Below, one piece after another: positions 58,227 to 64,000 of a DNA stretch of 64,000 nt. Each line of letters begins with the position of its first letter. Positions within the stretch are counted from its first letter, which is position 1. The notes under the pieces are model-generated. The model ran no database searches, was not told the origin of the DNA, and saw nothing but the letters and a program-made list of their open reading frames with translations. The DNA lies in IMG/VR virus record IMGVR_UViG_3300034196_000153. One strand, written 5' to 3'. The stretch is from an uncultured virus (IMG/VR IMGVR_UViG_3300034196_000153). Lineage: Duplodnaviria; Heunggongvirae; Uroviricota; Caudoviricetes. The translations under genes were made by a program, and so were the position numbers.

Positions 58227-58601
58227 TTATTGTGGTGGATATATATCTTTTAATCGTTTAAATAACACATCAAGGTTTAACGTCTTTTCTATGTAGTCTG
58301 TATAATCACCATATTTACCAACATCCGTTCCTTTTCTTTCATCCCACAAACCGGGTTTAATTAAATTTTGATATTGGTTATTATTAATAGTGGGAGCTAC
58401 GAGTTCAAGGATTTCTCCAAAGATCTCACTTTCTGGATCGCCTTCATCTTCTATTTCAAATTGATCATCTGAATAATCTGCATGGCTTCCACCTACTCCA
58501 CCGATAACCCATTTATACTGGATAGGTGATTTATCAATATCGTGGATAGGCTTAATTGCAGTAATAAGAGAATTCACATCTTTAATTTTTTGAATATTCA
58601 T
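58227..58601 (-). CDS. Hypothetical protein
   Basis: AAGGT RBS; upstream TATAAT. Confidence 0.65.
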   Translation of the reverse strand: MNIQKIKDVNSLITAIKPIHDIDKSPIQYKWVIGGVGGSHADYSDDQFEIEDEGDPESEIFGEILELVAPTINNNQYQNLIKPGLWDERKGTDVGKYGDYTDYIEKTLNLDVLFKRLKDIYPPQ

Positions 58602-58744
58602 TTAACATACCTTTTTGAATGACAATTATACCTTATTGATGACTTGAAATCAATATTATTATAATAATTTGTCTTTTAATCACTCGCTTGAACATTTGAA
58701 AATATCTACTACTATTAGATAATAAACAATAATAATTTACTATT

Positions 58745-59101
58745 ATGATTAAAAATATTAAGCCAATGTTAAAGACTACCTGTAAAATAATGATGATTAT
58801 TTATTCTATTCTCTTATTGTTGTCGTTATCGCTTACGGGTTTAGTCTTCTTTGATATTTTAACACCTGACAGTGTTAGTATGGGGGAACCGCTCTTTTCA
58901 TTATTGTATTTAAAACTTAAGTGTACTGTTTTCTTGTTATTTTTTATTGGCGTTTTGTTTTCAATGGTAACTTCGAAAGAACGATATGTGCATACTGGAT
59001 CATTTGATTCTGGTGAGTCTCTTTTGTTATTTGTGATGATTTGCTTATGTATGTTAAGTGTCGTTATTTTTCAACCGATCCCTTATCCACTATTTCCTTA
59101 A
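58745..59101 (+). CDS. Small 3-TM membrane protein
   Basis: Hydrophobic segments. Confidence 0.55.
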   Translation: MIKNIKPMLKTTCKIMMIIYSILLLLSLSLTGLVFFDILTPDSVSMGEPLFSLLYLKLKCTVFLLFFIGVLFSMVTSKERYVHTGSFDSGESLLLFVMICLCMLSVVIFQPIPYPLFP

Positions 59102-59159
59102 ATTGCATTTAATCACTTTTTATGGTATAATATCTACCTTATCTCAGGAGAACAACCCC

Positions 59160-59561
59160 ATGTCTACAGAACGCAGTGCAGTATTGGTTATTGGTTGGCA
59201 GAAAAATGATTCCGAAAGCTTGACGGAAAAACTCTACCCAATTGCTCGTAAATTTGAGATTGAACACGACACTGATGACTTGCCTAACATTTTGAGTGAA
59301 GACTACTCACATCTTTTTACTAAGTCGATGAGTAAAGAACTGAAAGCCCTTTGCGAAGAACAGGAAATTGAAATCGTGGCGGGTGCTGATGGTGACGAAG
59401 GTGGTTCTTGGTACTTTGGTTTTGGTATCCCTTATGTTCAAGGTAAGCCTGTTACTGACTTCTTGACGCTTGTTCATGACCTCAGCACTGTTCTGAAAAA
59501 CTCAGTGGAAGGGATTGAAATCAGTGAACCAAAAGTTTACAACGTGATTAGTTGGTTCTAA
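59160..59561 (+). CDS. Hypothetical protein
   Basis: TTGCAT/TATAAT promoter, AGGAG RBS; terminator at about 59576-59602. Confidence 0.7.
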   Translation: MSTERSAVLVIGWQKNDSESLTEKLYPIARKFEIEHDTDDLPNILSEDYSHLFTKSMSKELKALCEEQEIEIVAGADGDEGGSWYFGFGIPYVQGKPVTDFLTLVHDLSTVLKNSVEGIEISEPKVYNVISWF

Positions 59562-59615
59562 TCAAATTTAAGTATAAAAAAAGCTCCTTTCTAGGAGCTT
59601 TTTCTTTGTCACCGA

Positions 59616-60773
59616 TTAATCATCGACTTCTTCTTCATCTTCTTCATTCTCTTCATCGAGATAAGCGACCACACTAAGGAGTAACGGAACATCCGTTGCC
59701 ATGCAGTCAGAGAAATAAGTGTTCACTCTAAATCCTTTGAAAGAGTCAAAGACGAGAAATTCACTTTCATCCTCAAAATTATCCATATAGTAATTAGCTG
59801 ATTTAGGGTAACTAACCCCTTTCATTTCAATAGGGAAGTTATAATAACTGTATGGGTTACCCATTTCTTTCATCAGGTCGAGATACGTCTCATAATGGTT
59901 CATTTCATAATCCAGATTACCTGAAAAAATCTGAGCACAATTCCACACTTTAATTTGAGAGTTCTCTTTATTGAACACATAAGCAAAGATAGTGTTTTGT
60001 GATTCTTGAACAATCATTAAGCGTTTTTCATTGTTCACACAATATGCATGGTTATCCAAGTCATTAAATTCTAATTGCTTAGCTTCTGTATAGCTTCCGT
60101 CTCTCAGTTTTGGAATCCACTTAACAAAGAATTTAATAAGTTCATCGTCAAAACGTTGTGTATGAATAGCAAATTTAGTAGTGACCAACAATTCAATCGT
60201 TGCTTGTTCTTCTGGTGTGAACAACGATTTGAGTTTTACCATTACCTTTAATGTTTCATCACTCAAATAGATACTGACTGATTGGAATGTGCGGCTTGCA
60301 ATAATGTTGTTATAAAATGGATCAAGACGATCAACTCGTGTAGTTACAAACTGGTTAAGGTCGCAGAGTTCACTAATCTTAGTAAGATCCTTTTTAAATA
60401 TATCAATGTCTTTTGATACTTTGTTCTTCAAGATGTCTTGAATTTCAAATACAGGCTCTGTTTTGTAATGAGACAGATAGATACGGTTATCTTGAGTATT
60501 ATGACGCAACTCATAACGTTCACCATCCAGAGTGAATTCAATTTTACCTTCTTTGTTTTTACCTTTTGCGTCTTGTTCAATTTTAGCAAAGATAGCAGTT
60601 TGTTCTGCGTCTGTCATTTTGCGGTATTCTTCCATTGTGCAGCCAAGGTTGAAATTAGCATTCGCTTCGAATTTATTGATAACTTGAATGAACTGTTCGG
60701 ATTCTGTTGAGAAAAGCACTTCTGATAGTTTAAAGATTAAATCTTCGGTTGTTACTCGTTTTTGGGTAGACAT
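59616..60773 (-). CDS. Hypothetical protein with acidic tail
   Basis: 385 aa ORF, AGGA RBS. Confidence 0.75.
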   Translation of the reverse strand: MSTQKRVTTEDLIFKLSEVLFSTESEQFIQVINKFEANANFNLGCTMEEYRKMTDAEQTAIFAKIEQDAKGKNKEGKIEFTLDGERYELRHNTQDNRIYLSHYKTEPVFEIQDILKNKVSKDIDIFKKDLTKISELCDLNQFVTTRVDRLDPFYNNIIASRTFQSVSIYLSDETLKVMVKLKSLFTPEEQATIELLVTTKFAIHTQRFDDELIKFFVKWIPKLRDGSYTEAKQLEFNDLDNHAYCVNNEKRLMIVQESQNTIFAYVFNKENSQIKVWNCAQIFSGNLDYEMNHYETYLDLMKEMGNPYSYYNFPIEMKGVSYPKSANYYMDNFEDESEFLVFDSFKGFRVNTYFSDCMATDVPLLLSVVAYLDEENEEDEEEVDD

Positions 60774-60820
60774 AGAGTGTGTTCCTATATTAATTTAGTG
60801 TTAAAAGTAGCTGCATTTTA

Positions 60821-61711
60821 TCATATTTTTACCATTTCAACAAGCAAAAAATATTCTTTCAATTCATTAACCGACAATGACTCTAATTCTTTTTTACTGA
60901 TCTTTAAACGATTTGATAATACATTTATAATTTGATTTGAAAATAATTTATTGAAGTATTGTCGTATATCAGTTTCATTTAACTCATAGTATTTTTCTTG
61001 ATTAATATGTTGTGTGGTTAACGTTTTATCATCTGTATAGATATACATTTTATTGCTTCTTCCAACAGGCGTGACACAACTAATTTTTTTGTTGTCAAAG
61101 TAAGGTAACCTAATTTTGAAGTAAGGATGCATTGTATTGTCTGAATGCACTAAATAAATGAGATCAATATTAATGTAAGATTTCTTAAAGTGTTTATCTT
61201 TGAAACCTTCACCTTTTTGCAGGATATTATTAAAATGAATCATAGCAACATTTTTGCTTGTAGTGCTAATATTCAATGTATGAAAATTAGCATTCAGGTG
61301 ATTTTCTATATTTTCAGAATACTCTTTTTTATCAGTTATTTTTATAATTTCAGTTTTTGTGCCTTCATCAATAAACCAATCAATCACATTGATAATTTTA
61401 TTAAAATCTGGCTGATACATTGTTTCAATGATTGAACCAATATTGATGTATTCTTCTTTCATCATGTATGGAGTATTAAAAACTAACCTACCTAGATAAT
61501 TTTTATCCAGATCCTTTATTTTTTCTTGTGGCTCGAATATGACTTGGGCAGTGACATAAGAATCGGGTGATGTAGATGTATAAACATTTCTCAGAATATA
61601 GTTGAACCTGTCTTTAATTAGAGATTCTTTCACATCAGTAAAAGTAAAATGTTTACTAAATGTTTTAAATAAGTTATTAACCGCTCTATGATTTGAAAAA
61701 CTAGTAGACAT
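60821..61711 (-). CDS. Hypothetical protein, MxxI-motif family; paralog of 62961
   Basis: FNNILQ.G.G, FKKSYINI, PYFKI; ends ELKEYFLLVEMVKI. Confidence 0.8.
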   Translation of the reverse strand: MSTSFSNHRAVNNLFKTFSKHFTFTDVKESLIKDRFNYILRNVYTSTSPDSYVTAQVIFEPQEKIKDLDKNYLGRLVFNTPYMMKEEYINIGSIIETMYQPDFNKIINVIDWFIDEGTKTEIIKITDKKEYSENIENHLNANFHTLNISTTSKNVAMIHFNNILQKGEGFKDKHFKKSYINIDLIYLVHSDNTMHPYFKIRLPYFDNKKISCVTPVGRSNKMYIYTDDKTLTTQHINQEKYYELNETDIRQYFNKLFSNQIINVLSNRLKISKKELESLSVNELKEYFLLVEMVKI

Positions 61712-61746
61712 ATTAATATCCTTTATTGATGAGAGTGAACTGTTTA

Positions 61747-62433
61747 TTAAATTTTTTGCATTTCGTCAACGAGTTGAAAATCTTTGATGATTTTTTGAGT
61801 GCCCTTGTAATCTTTAACAACGGTTTCAAGATCTATATTGTATTTTTTGATAGTATAATCATCTTCGAAAATAAAATAGATAACTCGTTCTCTGACATTG
61901 GTGCAGTAGTCTGGGGAATTCCACAGTCTGCTGTTTAATTTTTCAATAACCGTTATATCAGCTACATTATATTTTTTTGTGGCTGTGTTTGCAGAACTAG
62001 TAATTTCAATATAAACATCTTCACTGCTTTTTACTTGGGTTAAATTAGCGTCATTAAAGGCACATTCAAAAATAAAAGTGAGTTCTTCAATGTCTGCAAT
62101 TTCTTCATATTGACGAGCATAGTCAGCGATTGCATTGTTATCAATATCAAAATTAATATCGGTGAATTTGAATGCAATTAGCATGGTAAACGCATACACA
62201 TAGGTTGCTTGTTCAAAACGAGATAGACCTTGTGATTGATCATAAAAAGAGTCATTGAAATAGTGACCAAATGCTGAATTTTTGAAGTTGCTTATAAAAT
62301 TCTTACACTTGACCATCTTGGTCTTATTGTCAGCAGAGATGTCCAGTGCTTTCCAATCTAACTCAGGGGTTTCTTTTTCGACCACAAAAAATCCATTTGA
62401 TGTTAACGTAGGTGATTGTGCTATGGTTGTCAT
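61747..62433 (-). CDS. Hypothetical protein, MxxI-motif family (ends DEMQKI)
   Basis: GAGG RBS; terminal motif. Confidence 0.75.
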   Translation of the reverse strand: MTTIAQSPTLTSNGFFVVEKETPELDWKALDISADNKTKMVKCKNFISNFKNSAFGHYFNDSFYDQSQGLSRFEQATYVYAFTMLIAFKFTDINFDIDNNAIADYARQYEEIADIEELTFIFECAFNDANLTQVKSSEDVYIEITSSANTATKKYNVADITVIEKLNSRLWNSPDYCTNVRERVIYFIFEDDYTIKKYNIDLETVVKDYKGTQKIIKDFQLVDEMQKI

Positions 62434-62505
62434 GGGAAACCCTCTAATTGAAGGCCAATTATATCATAATTAGCCTTTATTAACAATGGATATCATCGCT
62501 TGCTA

Positions 62506-62925
62506 TTAAATAGCCTTTCTAAGTCTATTGTTATCAATGACTTTTTCTGGAATAGCGATAATGGCTACGTTCTTGTAAAAACTTTCATCCAAAGAGAACG
62601 CTGGAAAGTCAACATCAATGTCTGGGTTCATTTTCTTAAAGCTATCTTTAAGGAAAATAGTCTCAACCAGTGTTAAAGCACTGAATACATCGCCTGTTAC
62701 GAGTAGGTGATAGTTATTCTTGTCCAACTGCTCAACATAGGCTTCAATCGCCATTTTCGTTAGCAATGATTCCGATTCTGAAAGATCTTGGCTTTTGAGT
62801 TTCTTTTTTAAGGATACCAAAACACATTCAACATCTTGAAATTCACAAAAGCTACTAAATTTAATGGTATTTTCAATTTCTAAAATGGCTTGATTTATTT
62901 TAACAAACGAATGATGCCGACTCAT
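62506..62925 (-). CDS. Hypothetical protein
   Basis: GGAGG RBS. Confidence 0.65.
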   Translation of the reverse strand: MSRHHSFVKINQAILEIENTIKFSSFCEFQDVECVLVSLKKKLKSQDLSESESLLTKMAIEAYVEQLDKNNYHLLVTGDVFSALTLVETIFLKDSFKKMNPDIDVDFPAFSLDESFYKNVAIIAIPEKVIDNNRLRKAI

Positions 62926-62960
62926 GTAACCTCCATATTATAAATAAGTCATCTATTATA

Positions 62961-63878
62961 TCAGATTTTAATCATTTCTACCAGCACAAAATATTCTTTA
63001 AGTTCATCAATAGTGAGTTCGTTAACATCTGATTTTCTCATTTTTAATGTTTCACAAATAACATTTTTAGCTTCTGCCCTAAATTGATTTTCGAAAAAAT
63101 CTGTCAATGATTGACTATCAACATCTATGCTATTCAACTTTCTCAAAAAATCATTTTTCAAGGGGACTTCACTGGCAGCAAAATACATTTTTTTAGGATT
63201 ATTTATTGGAATTATACACATTATTTTATTATGTGCTGAATAGGGGAATTTTATTTTAAAATATGGCTTAATAGTTTCATCAGGCTCTACAAGATGAATT
63301 ACTTCGATATTAATATAAGACTTCTTGAAATAATTCTTTTGAGCACCCCGGCCTCGTTGAAGAATATTATTAAAGCTTACTGTTGCAATATTTTTGTCTT
63401 TGAATTTTAATTGATTGAAATAACCATCATTGTAGAAATGAGTGTTCATGTGTGGGATATATTTTTTCATTTCGACACTGTTAATCAAACCAGACTCAAT
63501 ACCTTTGTTAATGAAAATATCGACAATATTGAGAGCTTTCTCAAAATCTGGTTTATATTTATCTTGAAGAAAATCAGCTATATTATTAGCTTTTTGACTA
63601 AGAACAGTTCGCAATGTCGGGCCATAAGACATAACACTTATTTCTGGGTAGTAGTGTAGTTTTTCTTGGCTGCTTTTAGTTTTATTTTCAAAATATATTT
63701 GCATAGTCCATTGATCATTTTCTGTTGTTGCTTTATAAATTGTAGCTGCAATATCATTATCAGAAAATCTTTGTTGTTCTACATTGTGTTGATTGAATAC
63801 AAATAAAGGTGAAATGGATTTCACAAAATGATTAACAGATGACTTATTGAGTAGTGTTTTAAACATGAAAGACTCCAC
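62961..63878 (-). CDS. Hypothetical protein, MxxI-motif family (ends ELKEYFVLVEMIKI)
   Basis: Paralog of 60821. Confidence 0.8.
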   Translation of the reverse strand: MESFMFKTLLNKSSVNHFVKSISPLFVFNQHNVEQQRFSDNDIAATIYKATTENDQWTMQIYFENKTKSSQEKLHYYPEISVMSYGPTLRTVLSQKANNIADFLQDKYKPDFEKALNIVDIFINKGIESGLINSVEMKKYIPHMNTHFYNDGYFNQLKFKDKNIATVSFNNILQRGRGAQKNYFKKSYINIEVIHLVEPDETIKPYFKIKFPYSAHNKIMCIIPINNPKKMYFAASEVPLKNDFLRKLNSIDVDSQSLTDFFENQFRAEAKNVICETLKMRKSDVNELTIDELKEYFVLVEMIKI

Positions 63879-63937
63879 AATTATGGCTAATTAATGTAGT
63901 ATTATACCATAAAGGACTTGGCTAAGTCCATATTTTG

Positions 63938-64000
63938 TTATATTTTAATCATCTCTACCAGCATAAAATAATCTTTTAATTCATCTGCAGATAAATTATC
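63938..64000 (-). CDS. 3' end of another MxxI-family gene (DNLSADELKDYFMLVEMIKI*), truncated by the window edge
   Basis: Hand translation of the minus strand. Confidence 0.75.
   Translation of the reverse strand, partial: DNLSADELKDYFMLVEMIKI

Noticed and set aside
1..64000. Phage structural, integrase, transposase or replication genes
   Set aside because: None recognisable in this window; the phage or extrachromosomal origin remains an inference

Overview
AT-rich, gene-dense 64 kb window that looks like the accessory region of a very large phage or other giant extrachromosomal element from a gammaproteobacterial host. That assignment is inferred from the many orphan paralog arrays, per-gene sigma70 promoters, cUUCGg terminators, the tRNA array and gammaproteobacterial-type serS/tyrS; no capsid, terminase or replication genes are visible. 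Recognisable genes: serS, tyrS, a SohB-like S49 peptidase, NUDIX, 2OG-Fe(II) oxygenase, MazG-like, MYG1, PspC-domain, nucleoside 2-deoxyribosyltransferase, two HAD (RNA-repair-type) phosphatases, a PD-(D/E)XK endonuclease, a lambda-like phosphatase and a candidate nuclease toxin/immunity pair. Two things stand out. (1) A Ser/Tyr translation module: a leader peptide MKPTFAVSYYYSSYSS with a his-operon-style multi-hairpin attenuator sits directly upstream of an array made only of tRNA-Ser(UGA) and tRNA-Tyr(GUA) genes. The array also holds a D-armless Tyr-anticodon tRNA-like RNA and a CCA-ended minihelix, and the same element encodes exactly SerRS and TyrRS. (2) About 30 otherwise divergent 200-300 aa proteins share a C-terminal helix ending M-x-x-[I/V/Y/C]-stop, a candidate docking or targeting signal.
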